A stretch of 44,160 bases of DNA from a bacterium. GTDB taxonomy: Bacteria > Patescibacteriota > Minisyncoccia > Phycocordibacterales > Phycocordibacteraceae. Below the pieces are notes generated by a model that was not told the DNA's origin, searched no databases, and worked only from the letters and a program-made list of their open reading frames with translations. The number at the start of each line of letters is the position of its first letter. The first letter of the stretch is position 1. Below, piece by piece: positions 25,750 to 34,289 of the stretch. The translations under genes were made by a program, and so were the position numbers. Where the stretch lies: contig JAJYJQ010000004.1 of NCBI GenBank assembly GCA_021789225.1, positions 1-44,160 of the forward strand, in the 5' to 3' direction.

Positions 25750-28700
25750 CTATTGCTCCAGCAACGCGAGGAGGGCGTCGTAGGCAGAGGGGGCGCCGCG
25801 GCGCCAGGTGAGGGAGCGCAGCTCGCGGACGACCGTGTCTACATCGGCGAGCGCGGCCTCCTGCTCCGCCTCCCCCACCGGCACGAGCACTTGTTTTATA
25901 CCTGCATCCGAAATGCCCAGCAGCTCGGCACCGGCGACGGGCTCTTTGTTTGCCGCAAGCATCGCGGCGTAGAGCGCGAGCTGGCGTGCGTAGCCTTCGT
26001 TTTTTGCCGAGACGCTGCTGCCTGTTTTGAAATCTGCCACCACGAGCGCACCGCCGTTTTTAAACACCACGTCGATCTTGCCGCCAAACGTCACCGGCGC
26101 GCCCTCCACCACGCGCGTCAGCGAGAATGCTTTTTCAATGTGCTCAGGCGCGCCCAACGCTGAGAGCTCTGGCAGCGCTGCGGCAAACGCTGCGCGCGCA
26201 TCGCGCTTGAGTTTCTCGAAGGTCGCGTCGCGCGGGAGGAGTGAGCGGTCAAAGGAGCGCGCGAGCGTAGCGAGCGCGTCTTCTTCGCTTGCGCCCGAGA
26301 GCGCTGCGGCGAGTGCGGCGTGCAGCGCGTTGCCGTAGACCAAGGGCGCCGTGGGCGGCTCCTGGATCCTGAGCACGCGCCGCGCGAAAAATGTCGCTGG
26401 CGACTCCAAGTATTCGTTTACGGCCGAAGGCGAAAGCCCTTCCGTTTCGAGATAGCGCTCGATGAGCGCGCGAACTTTCTCCGGCGCGGAAACGGTCGTA
26501 TGCAAAAGCGGCAGCGCCTCGCTCTCGACCGGCGTTTCGGGCAAGCCAGCTGGCAGCAGGCTCGTCGGCAGCCGGTCGCGCCCCTCGGCGCTCGCGCGAG
26601 CATAGGAAAGATACGCATGATCCTTAGCACGCGTGAGCGCCACATAGAAAAGCCGGCGCGCATCATCAAGCGACTGTTTGTTTTCAAACGGCGAAGGCAG
26701 CAGCGCGGCGCGACCGCCCTTCTCCCACGCGTTTTCCGTGCAGTCAGGAATGAGCACGTACCGAAACTCCATGCCTTTGGCTTTGTGCGCCGTGATGACC
26801 GTCACAAACCCTTCCCGCTCTGTGACAGACACTTTCACCGGCGAGAGGCCGTGTTCACGCGCTCGCGAGAGCGCCGCAAACGCTTCGGCAAATGTCGCCC
26901 CCTCGGTGAGACGCGCCGCAGATTCCAAATGCTCCATGAGCTTGCGCACGAGTGCGATATCGTCCACGTGCTCGGCATGCGAGAGGAAGTAGTCGCGTGC
27001 GCCACTCTCGGCAAAGACATAGGAGAAAGTCGCGATGGGTGTTTCGCTACGCGCTTTCTGCACGCACGTCGTGATGACGCGCGCGGTCTCGGGGTATGCG
27101 CGTGCGAGTGCACTCGTGAGGTCGCGGTCGCTCGTGGTGCGCAAAAATACCAAGAGCTCCGCAATGTTGGACACCGGATGTCCAACATGCCACCAGGGGG
27201 CGAGGAGAGCTTCGCGGAGGCTGCCGAGCGCGGTCGGGTCAGCCACGTACTGCATGAGCGCCATAAGAGCACGCATGAGTGGCCGGCCTGTGAGCGAGAG
27301 GTCGCCCGCACGCAAGACAGGCAGACCGCGCGCAATGAGCACGTCGGCAAAAAGATCGGCTGTGTCGTTCGTGCGCGCGATGACCGCGATCTCGTGCGGC
27401 GCGGCACCCTCCGCGATGAGCTGCTCGATGAGCACCGCTGCTTTCGCGCGCTCGTCGAGCGGGTCGAGTGCCTCGATACGCGAGACTCGCTCGCGCACGC
27501 CGTCTTCCCCATTTCCGCGATGTGCCGCAAGCGGCGCGTGGTCGCCCGTCAAGGGGCCTCTCCCAAAAATAACCCCCAAATCGCCCTCACCCAAAGCGTG
27601 GCGGCTGCGAGGCGCTGTTTCCGGCTGCGAGTCCGAACGGCTCGCACTCGACGTATCTCGATACGCCTCATGCTGCGCCGCGGGCTCTCGCTCGGAAACA
27701 GCGCCTCTCGCTTCGCCATTATTTTTGGGAGAGACCCCCGCCACCACTTCATGTGCTGCGTCGAGAATGTGCTGGTACGAACGGAACGAGGACGTGAGTG
27801 CAATCACGGTCGCGCGCGGGAAAAGCTCCGTGAACGCTTTGAATGCCCCGAGGTCAGCGCCTTGGAAGCGGTAGATCGCCTGCTTTTCATCACCCACCAC
27901 AAAAAGATTCGGATGGTCGTCATATGCGAAAAGTTCAAGCAGACGGTGCTGGAGCGCGTTTGCGTCTTGATGCTCATCCGCGAGGATGTACTGATAGCGC
28001 TCCTGCAGGTCGCTCCTCAGCCCCTCATCCGCCGCGATGCGTGCGATAACACTCGCGAGCATGTCGGAAAAATCCGAGAGGTGGCGCTCATCTTTGAGTG
28101 CCTCGTAGCGCTCGAATACGCGCACTGCCTCCTCCACCTTATCGAAACGCGCGAGCTTCTCCTGCCCCGCTTTTGTGAGCTCGCCCGCGTGTTCGCCGCG
28201 CTTGTAGCGGAGTGATTCGTCAGCCCCGAGCGCTTCGGCGGCTTCTTTCCCCCACGCGCGATACGCATCTAGTGACATCGCCTCGCGTGTGAGCGTGTCG
28301 TACAGGGAGCGCAAGTCGCGCAGATAGGTGTAGGGTGCTTTGGCGGGTCGGAGCGTATCGAGCTCGGCAGTGTCTATTGCTTCGCGCAGGAGGAGCGTCT
28401 GCTCCACATCGCCCATGAGCCGCCGGTCGGCTTCAGCAGCAAACGCATCCGGATACTCCGCGCGCACGAGCTCTGCAAAGCCGTGAAAAGTGGTAATGGT
28501 CACCTTGCGCGCCGTCTCCTCGCCGATGAGCAGCGCAAGCCGCCGCCGCATCGTGCGCGCAGCCGAGTCGGTGAATGTGAGCGCGAGGACCGCGTCGGGC
28601 TTCGCCTGGGTAACGCGCAAGATGTTTGCGATGCGAAGCGTCAGGATGTGGGTCTTCCCCGTGCCCGGGCCCGCGAGCACCATCACCGGCCCCTCCACCG

Positions 28701-28758
28701 TATCCACCGCCTGCCGCTGCTCCTTCGTGAGCCGCGCGTATGCCGAATCAAAATCCAT
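25750..28758 (-). CDS. UvrD/PcrA-family helicase with C-terminal PD-(D/E)XK nuclease, carrying a 62-aa palindromic insertion
   Basis: AGPGTGKT, TFHGF, DEHQD, VGDEKQAIYRFQGA, FRS, TAHKAKGMEF, RRLFYVALTRA; nuclease GKID...DFKTG...QLALY. Confidence 0.92.
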   Translation of the reverse strand: MDFDSAYARLTKEQRQAVDTVEGPVMVLAGPGTGKTHILTLRIANILRVTQAKPDAVLALTFTDSAARTMRRRLALLIGEETARKVTITTFHGFAELVRAEYPDAFAAEADRRLMGDVEQTLLLREAIDTAELDTLRPAKAPYTYLRDLRSLYDTLTREAMSLDAYRAWGKEAAEALGADESLRYKRGEHAGELTKAGQEKLARFDKVEEAVRVFERYEALKDERHLSDFSDMLASVIARIAADEGLRSDLQERYQYILADEHQDANALQHRLLELFAYDDHPNLFVVGDEKQAIYRFQGADLGAFKAFTELFPRATVIALTSSFRSYQHILDAAHEVVAGVSPKNNGEARGAVSEREPAAQHEAYRDTSSASRSDSQPETAPRSRHALGEGDLGVIFGRGPLTGDHAPLAAHRGNGEDGVRERVSRIEALDPLDERAKAAVLIEQLIAEGAAPHEIAVIARTNDTADLFADVLIARGLPVLRAGDLSLTGRPLMRALMALMQYVADPTALGSLREALLAPWWHVGHPVSNIAELLVFLRTTSDRDLTSALARAYPETARVITTCVQKARSETPIATFSYVFAESGARDYFLSHAEHVDDIALVRKLMEHLESAARLTEGATFAEAFAALSRAREHGLSPVKVSVTEREGFVTVITAHKAKGMEFRYVLIPDCTENAWEKGGRAALLPSPFENKQSLDDARRLFYVALTRAKDHAYLSYARASAEGRDRLPTSLLPAGLPETPVESEALPLLHTTVSAPEKVRALIERYLETEGLSPSAVNEYLESPATFFARRVLRIQEPPTAPLVYGNALHAALAAALSGASEEDALATLARSFDRSLLPRDATFEKLKRDARAAFAAALPELSALGAPEHIEKAFSLTRVVEGAPVTFGGKIDVVFKNGGALVVADFKTGSSVSAKNEGYARQLALYAAMLAANKEPVAGAELLGISDAGIKQVLVPVGEAEQEAALADVDTVVRELRSLTWRRGAPSAYDALLALLEQ
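27553..27738. mobile_element. 186-bp palindromic element (family A) inserted in-frame in the UvrD gene
   Basis: 20-bp terminal inverted repeats GGGG(C/T)CTCTCCCAAAAATAA (19/20), inner GAGGCGCTGTTTCCG/CGGAAACAGCGCCTC; exactly 62 codons with no stop. Confidence 0.85.
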
Positions 28759-28882
28759 ACCGACATTATACGCGATGCCTGTAATCCACCGAAAAATCCT
28801 TGATTTACCTACTCGTACGGCGTATCATGCAGGGAGTTTAGGGAATAGGTTCACCATCAATCAAACCTGGGGAGGAGAAAAG

Positions 28883-29596
28883 GTGGAAGAAGAATTTCCG
28901 TTGTTCTTTTGCGTTACCGGTTTACGCGGCACACGCCGCACGAGTGTCTTCAACGAACTCAAATCTCAGCTGCCGGGATTATATCCGGGGTTGAAATATG
29001 CGTTCTTTGAAGACCCCTTTGAGAAATTGGTTCACCCATTGCTCTGGCAGCGAGACAAAGACCCTGTCTCGCGGCTTTTCTCTGCGTGGGCGCTCATGAA
29101 TGAGCGCACCTGCGAGATCACTCGCGCCATAAACGCAGCAACGCCGCCCGACGTCATCGTCATTGATGGATTCGGCGCGAATGCCGTGCTTTACGCGACC
29201 GCGCGCGTTCCGAGCCGCTGCAAGTTCAAAGATGCCGAGCTCGACCGTCTGGATGACCAGGCGCTGACGATGCATCACAGTATCGTGGAAGCGCGCGTGC
29301 GCGGACAAGGCGTCAAACCGCCCGAGTACATCATCACCTGCGCCGATGAGCCCGTGGTCACGGCGTATCTGAAAGAAACGCTGCCTGATCTGGCCTCACA
29401 GCTGTCCGATCCCGAGTGGAATGCATTCATCCAGCACGAAAAACATATGCTGGATCGGTATTTTGCGCCGGGAAGTGGCCAGACATGCATCGGCAAGCTT
29501 GATGCGGCGATGTCGCTTCAGGCGATGGTTGATGAAGCAATGCTACTCATTCACACGCGTATCGCCGTGACGTTCGGCGAAGAAATCGCCGCTTAG
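28883..29596 (+). CDS. Divergent thymidylate-kinase-like (P-loop NMP kinase fold) hypothetical protein
   Basis: GGAGG SD before GTG 28883; FFCVTGLRGTRRTS, LF.AWA, VIVIDG, LDA..S...M layout resembles Tmk but the P-loop is degenerate. Confidence 0.55.
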   Translation: MEEEFPLFFCVTGLRGTRRTSVFNELKSQLPGLYPGLKYAFFEDPFEKLVHPLLWQRDKDPVSRLFSAWALMNERTCEITRAINAATPPDVIVIDGFGANAVLYATARVPSRCKFKDAELDRLDDQALTMHHSIVEARVRGQGVKPPEYIITCADEPVVTAYLKETLPDLASQLSDPEWNAFIQHEKHMLDRYFAPGSGQTCIGKLDAAMSLQAMVDEAMLLIHTRIAVTFGEEIAA

Positions 29597-29615
29597 CGGC
29601 ATCAATCCGAACCGG

Positions 29616-29645
29616 AAAGGCCGACTGCTTTTGCAGTCGGCCTTT
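29616..29645. terminator. Bidirectional terminator
   Basis: AAAGGCCGACTGC-tttt-GCAGTCGGCCTTT between convergent genes. Confidence 0.8.
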
Positions 29646-29664
29646 ATTCTTTTCTTGTCTTGAG

Positions 29665-31137
29665 CTACAAATCCGTTCCCGAGTAGGAGAGATTGAGGCT
29701 TTTGTTGCAGAGCGGGAAATCGGGGACGATGTTGCCGGGGCCGAGCTCGCCGAAGAGCGGCCAGTTCGTGAAGGACGGGTCGGTAATGACGAGACGATCG
29801 ATGCGGCCGTTCGCGTCGAGCGCGAGCCAGTCGAGGACCATGCCGCGCCACGATTCATTCCACCCATACGCGCTTCCCTTCCCACTGCCGAGCACGGCGA
29901 GGGTGTCGCCTTCGGGCAGCGTGTCGAGCACGGCGCGGATGAGGCGGATAGACTCTGCGCTCTCGCGGGCACGCACGCGGAAGCGTGCGGCGACATCGCC
30001 TGCCTTTTCCGTGACGAGCTCTGGCGCGTGCTCTGCGTACCCTGCGTACGGGAGGTCGAGACGTGCGTCGGCCGCGATGTTGGAGGCGCGGGCCGCGAGG
30101 CCGCGCGCGCCGTAGGCACGCGCGGCTGCTTCAGAGAGCACGCCTGTGGTCTCGAAGCGCTCCATGAGACCGTCATTGGTGAACGCGATGTCGAGGATCG
30201 TCTGCAGCTCACGCTCGATGCGCGCGAGCACCGTGCGGATCGTATCGCTGGCCTCGTCGCCGATGTCGTGCGCGCCGCCCAGCACGACCGCGCCGCGCAA
30301 GAAACGGTGCCCGACGAGCGACTCGTGCATGCGCCGCAGCTCTTCCACGAGCCGGAAGCCCTGCGCCGCCATGAAGGAGAAGCCGGTGCCGTTGCCGGCG
30401 ATGTTCCCCATATCGAAAATATGCGCCGTGAGCCGCTCGAGCTCGTTCCAAAGAACGCGCAGCGCCTTCGTGCGCGCACTCACGGCCGTGCCGGTCGCGC
30501 GCTCGACCGCTTCCGCAAACGCGAGCGTGTGCCCCACCACCATGTCGCCCGAGATACGCTCGACAAACGGGAACGCATCTTTCGGCGTCTTTCCCTCGAC
30601 GAGCTTCTCGACGCCTTTATGTTTGAAGAACAGCTTCCCTTCGAGCGAGAGGATGCGCTCGCCGCGCACATTGAAGCGGAAGTGCCCCGGCTCGATGATG
30701 CCAGCGTGGATCGGCCCGACCGGAATCTCGTAGATGCCCTTCCCTTCGACGGCGTGCATCGGATACGGTTCGTTCGCCACCGGGAGCTTCGTGTTCCAAG
30801 TGAAATCTTTGCGGAGCGGATGCGTATCAGCCGGAATATTCTCATGGTGCACGAGGCGGCGCAGGTCCGGGTGCCCGACCGGCTCGATGCCGAACTGGTC
30901 ACGGATAAGCCGCTCAAACCAGTGCGCAGCCATGACAAGCCGCGTCACCGAAGGATACGACGGATCGTTCTCGGGAAGCTCGGACTCCAGCGTGAGGAAG
31001 CCGTCCGCCGCCTGCAAGGCCGCGCGCACGACGAAGCCGCGCTTCGCGGTGCGTTCATCCGTCGCATAGAGCAGAGCGAGCGGCGCGTCGTCTTTCACGA
31101 GTGTCTGTACCTGCTTGGCAAATGCCTCACGCGGCAC
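29665..31137 (-). CDS. hyfG: Ehr/hydrogenase-4 large-subunit-like protein (NuoC+NuoD-like) without NiFe ligands
   Basis: WFER...D.FGI...GHPD.RRL, PLRKDF, VGPIHAGIIEPGHFRF, ERISGD (for RxCGxC), C-terminal DFPLCNKSLNLSYSG.DL; start uncertain. Confidence 0.88.
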   Translation of the reverse strand: MPREAFAKQVQTLVKDDAPLALLYATDERTAKRGFVVRAALQAADGFLTLESELPENDPSYPSVTRLVMAAHWFERLIRDQFGIEPVGHPDLRRLVHHENIPADTHPLRKDFTWNTKLPVANEPYPMHAVEGKGIYEIPVGPIHAGIIEPGHFRFNVRGERILSLEGKLFFKHKGVEKLVEGKTPKDAFPFVERISGDMVVGHTLAFAEAVERATGTAVSARTKALRVLWNELERLTAHIFDMGNIAGNGTGFSFMAAQGFRLVEELRRMHESLVGHRFLRGAVVLGGAHDIGDEASDTIRTVLARIERELQTILDIAFTNDGLMERFETTGVLSEAAARAYGARGLAARASNIAADARLDLPYAGYAEHAPELVTEKAGDVAARFRVRARESAESIRLIRAVLDTLPEGDTLAVLGSGKGSAYGWNESWRGMVLDWLALDANGRIDRLVITDPSFTNWPLFGELGPGNIVPDFPLCNKSLNLSYSGTDL

Positions 31138-31211
31138 GGAGGCGCCATCGACTCGGAGAGTGCGAGGCCGTGATCACGACTGAGTTGAGCGATAGTCTTC
31201 GACATAGCAGG

Positions 31212-32690
31212 TTATGAGAATAGCGCAGCCACACGTTCCACCAGCGGCAGTGCGGCACCGGAAATAATAAGCCCGAAGAAGCCGACGAGGAGCACCAGAT
31301 GCAAGACCATAGCCGCGTGCGAGATATTCCACGCCTCCCCACGCACGACCGGGTGTTCGGGCTGCTCGGCGCTCTCTGACCCGAAGAGGAACGGAACGAT
31401 GAGGCGGATGAAGCCGGCGAGAATCACGACGAACGCGAGCAGCGCGACGGCGATGACGAACGGGTGCGTACCGATACCCGCCGCGATGGTGAGGTACTCG
31501 CTCACGAAAAGCGGCGAGGGCGGCACCGCAAGCAGCATCAGAATGCCCGCGAAGAAGAGCGCGCCGGTAAACGGCAAGACGCGGCGGACATCGGCGACGC
31601 GCGCGAACTTGGTGCTATGGAAGCGCACAAGGATATTCCCTGCGCCCAGGAAGAGCATCGACTTGGCGAGCGCGTGGCCGATGAGCTCGACGACCGCCGC
31701 GACTGCACCCACAGGGCCGAGACCGAACGCGAGCACCATGAAGCCCATATGCTCCATGCTCGAGTACGCAAGGAGGCGCTTGTAGTCGGTCTGCGTGAGG
31801 ATGAACGCAGCCGCAACCACGAGCGTCAGCGTGCCAAACGCGAGAAGGAGCCCGTCGGTAAACCCGCTGCTGCCAAGCGCCGCGTCCGTGAGCACCTTGT
31901 AGCGCAAGACGGCGAAGAGCGCGGCGTTCAAGAGCACGCCCGAGAGCAGTGCGGAAATCGGAGCCGGAGCGCTCGAGTGCGCATCCGGCAGCCATGTGTG
32001 CATCGGCGCGAGGCCGACCTTGGTGCCGAAGCCCACGAGCGCGAACACGAACGCGAACCGCATCATAGACGGCGAGAAAGCGGCAGCCCCGAGCGAGAGC
32101 GTGCTCCAGCGCAAACCGGTGAGCGCGGAGATGACCCCCGACTGCGATGCAGCCGCTGACGCGAGCAGGAGCCCGATGAAGCCGAGTGCGATGCCGGTCG
32201 AACAGAGGATCAGGTATTTCCAGGCCGCTTCGAGCGAGGAAGAGCGCGCGTAGAACGCGACGAGGAAGGTTGTCGCGAGCGTCGTCGCTTCGAGGGCGAC
32301 CCACATGAGGCCGAGGTTGTCCGAGACGACCGTCACCAGCATCGCGAGCACGAAGAGCGCGAGCAAGACGTAGTAGCGGCGCACGAGCGGCTTCGCGACC
32401 ACGCCTGCGCGCACTTCTTCCAGAAGAAACGGGCGACTCGCCAAGGTCGCCGTCCACTGCACCGTGCCGATGAGTACCACCAGGAGCGCCGCAAACGAGT
32501 CCACGTACCAAACACTACCCCACGCGACCGGTCCAGCACCGAGGAGCACGGGCACGCCCACGAGAAGACTGAGCGCGAATACGACTGTGCTTGCGATCGA
32601 CGCGGCACGCGTGGTGTGCTCAGGGCGCGTGAATGAAAACGGCACGAGCGCCGCAAGGAAGCTGACGAAAATAAGAGCGTTAATCATCAT
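31212..32690 (-). CDS. hyfF: Antiporter-like membrane subunit (HyfF/NuoM-N/MrpD family)
   Basis: WVALEATTL, EAAWKY, GFGTKVGLAPMHTWLPDAHS, KRLLAYSS.EHMG, H.LAKS. Confidence 0.9.
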   Translation of the reverse strand: MMINALIFVSFLAALVPFSFTRPEHTTRAASIASTVVFALSLLVGVPVLLGAGPVAWGSVWYVDSFAALLVVLIGTVQWTATLASRPFLLEEVRAGVVAKPLVRRYYVLLALFVLAMLVTVVSDNLGLMWVALEATTLATTFLVAFYARSSSLEAAWKYLILCSTGIALGFIGLLLASAAASQSGVISALTGLRWSTLSLGAAAFSPSMMRFAFVFALVGFGTKVGLAPMHTWLPDAHSSAPAPISALLSGVLLNAALFAVLRYKVLTDAALGSSGFTDGLLLAFGTLTLVVAAAFILTQTDYKRLLAYSSMEHMGFMVLAFGLGPVGAVAAVVELIGHALAKSMLFLGAGNILVRFHSTKFARVADVRRVLPFTGALFFAGILMLLAVPPSPLFVSEYLTIAAGIGTHPFVIAVALLAFVVILAGFIRLIVPFLFGSESAEQPEHPVVRGEAWNISHAAMVLHLVLLVGFFGLIISGAALPLVERVAALFS

Positions 32691-33331
32691 AAATCGTTAA
32701 GGGCTTGCAGATAATCAGTTGTCGCAGACGCATGCGTCTCCTGCACACGTCGAATGAGCGCCGTCGCGAGCACGAGGAGCGCGAGCAGGTCGAAGAGCAC
32801 GCCAATTTCGACGAAGAGCGGCATCTGCTCGGCCACCGTGAGCCCCAGGAAGAAGACCCCGTTCTCGAGCATCAGGAAGCCGACGCTCTGGCCGAAGAGA
32901 CTCTTATGAGAGACGAGGAGCTCGAAGCCGATGAGCACGAGCGAGAACGAGACCGCCACCGGGAAAAGCTGATGATCGACCACGAGAACGCGCGCGAGCG
33001 CGACGGCCGCACCGATCGCCGCCATAGCAATGAACGTGAGCGTCGCCGGGCGGACATAGAGCGCAAGCCGCTCCGCTGCCCCGCTCTTCTTCGCTATGGA
33101 AAGAAGCATGGAGGGCATCACGGCGACTTTCAGCACGCACACGAGCGCGGCGATGAGCACCAGGTGTGCCTCGCCGAACTGCCACGCCGACCACAGCAGG
33201 TATGCGACGAGCGCGCACGCCTGAACGCGGAAAAGCTGCACGAGCGTGCGCAGCCGGGTGCGGCTCGGAAGCAGGAACGCCGACGCAAGAATGAGCGCCG
33301 CGATGAGTGAAAGTGGTCCGATCGTAGTCAT
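32687..33331 (-). CDS. hyfE: Membrane subunit HyfE-like
   Basis: Hydrophobic; K....P..L, Q.VGFLMLENG, P..VEIGVLFD. Confidence 0.85.
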   Translation of the reverse strand: MTTIGPLSLIAALILASAFLLPSRTRLRTLVQLFRVQACALVAYLLWSAWQFGEAHLVLIAALVCVLKVAVMPSMLLSIAKKSGAAERLALYVRPATLTFIAMAAIGAAVALARVLVVDHQLFPVAVSFSLVLIGFELLVSHKSLFGQSVGFLMLENGVFFLGLTVAEQMPLFVEIGVLFDLLALLVLATALIRRVQETHASATTDYLQALNDL

Positions 33332-33335
33332 AGGA

Positions 33336-34289
33336 TTAAAGGATATGCGCAAGCACGATCACCGCGCCGGCAAACGCGATAAAGAACGTGAGGGTGAAGT
33401 ACTCCTGCATGCGGTAGAAGCGCATCTTCACGACCAGCGATTCGATGAGGCCGACGAGGAGCGCGAAGAGCGCGAGCTTCACGGCAAGCAAGACGAGGCC
33501 GACGAGGAGCGCGAGCGCGCCAGCCGCCGGTGTAGCCAAACCAAACGGCAAGAGCAAATTCATGAAGAGCGCGCCGAAGAGCGCGAGGCGCAGCGCGCTC
33601 GCGTATTCGAGCATCGCCAGATACGGCCCGGAGTACTCGAGAATCATCGCCTCGTGCACCATCGTGAGCTCGAGGTGCGTCGCCGGGTTGTCGACCGGGT
33701 AGCGCGCGTTTTCCGCGAGCGTGACGAGGAGGAGCGCCAGCAAGGTCGGCGCGACCACAAGCGTCCCGGCATGCCAGGGCGTGCGTGCGAAGAACGCGAG
33801 GATGCCGTCGAGGCTCGCACTTCCCGCAAAGAACGCGAGCGTCGCAAGCACCAGGAAAAACGCCGGCTCAGCGAGCGCTGCGAGCGTCATTTCCCTATTC
33901 GAACCCATGTTGCCGAACGTGCTGCCGGTGTCCATGCCGCCGAATACGAGGAAAACGGAGCCGAGCGCCGCGATTGCGACAAAGAGGAAGATGTTTGAGA
34001 TGCTCGGGCCCCACGCGCCAAAACCGATGCTCGGCGTGACGAGCGCGAGCGCGAGCGTCGTCCCCAGCACCGCAAACGGCACGAAGCGGTACACCCAGGA
34101 GCTGTGCTCGGGAATCGTCATCTCTTTGCGCATGAGTGTCGCGAACGTCCAGTACGGCTGACAGACGGGCGCGCCACGGCGGTTTTGCAGGAGCGCCTTC
34201 ACCCGCCGGATCATGCCCGTGACAAGCGGTGCAAGCGCGAGGAGGGCGAGACCCTGGAAGAACACGAAGAGGAGTGAAGCGATGCTCAT
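33336..34289 (-). CDS. hyfC: Membrane subunit HyfC/HycD/NuoH-like
   Basis: RRVKA.LQNRRG.P..QPY, FG.MGS.RE, ENARYPVDNP.THLELTMVHEAMILEYSG; ATGA overlap with hyfB. Confidence 0.9.
   Translation of the reverse strand: MSIASLLFVFFQGLALLALAPLVTGMIRRVKALLQNRRGAPVCQPYWTFATLMRKEMTIPEHSSWVYRFVPFAVLGTTLALALVTPSIGFGAWGPSISNIFLFVAIAALGSVFLVFGGMDTGSTFGNMGSNREMTLAALAEPAFFLVLATLAFFAGSASLDGILAFFARTPWHAGTLVVAPTLLALLLVTLAENARYPVDNPATHLELTMVHEAMILEYSGPYLAMLEYASALRLALFGALFMNLLLPFGLATPAAGALALLVGLVLLAVKLALFALLVGLIESLVVKMRFYRMQEYFTLTFFIAFAGAVIVLAHIL

Noticed and set aside
27553-27738. Intein or self-splicing intron in the UvrD gene
   Set aside because: No C/S...HN-C/S/T intein ends and too short for a group I/II intron; terminal inverted repeats fit a palindromic element better.
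31170-31180. TGA read-through (genetic code 25) to extend hyfG
   Set aside because: Other genes end in TGA with ATGA overlaps (cupin/GH130, hyfB/hyfC) and long genes have no internal TGA, consistent with code 11.
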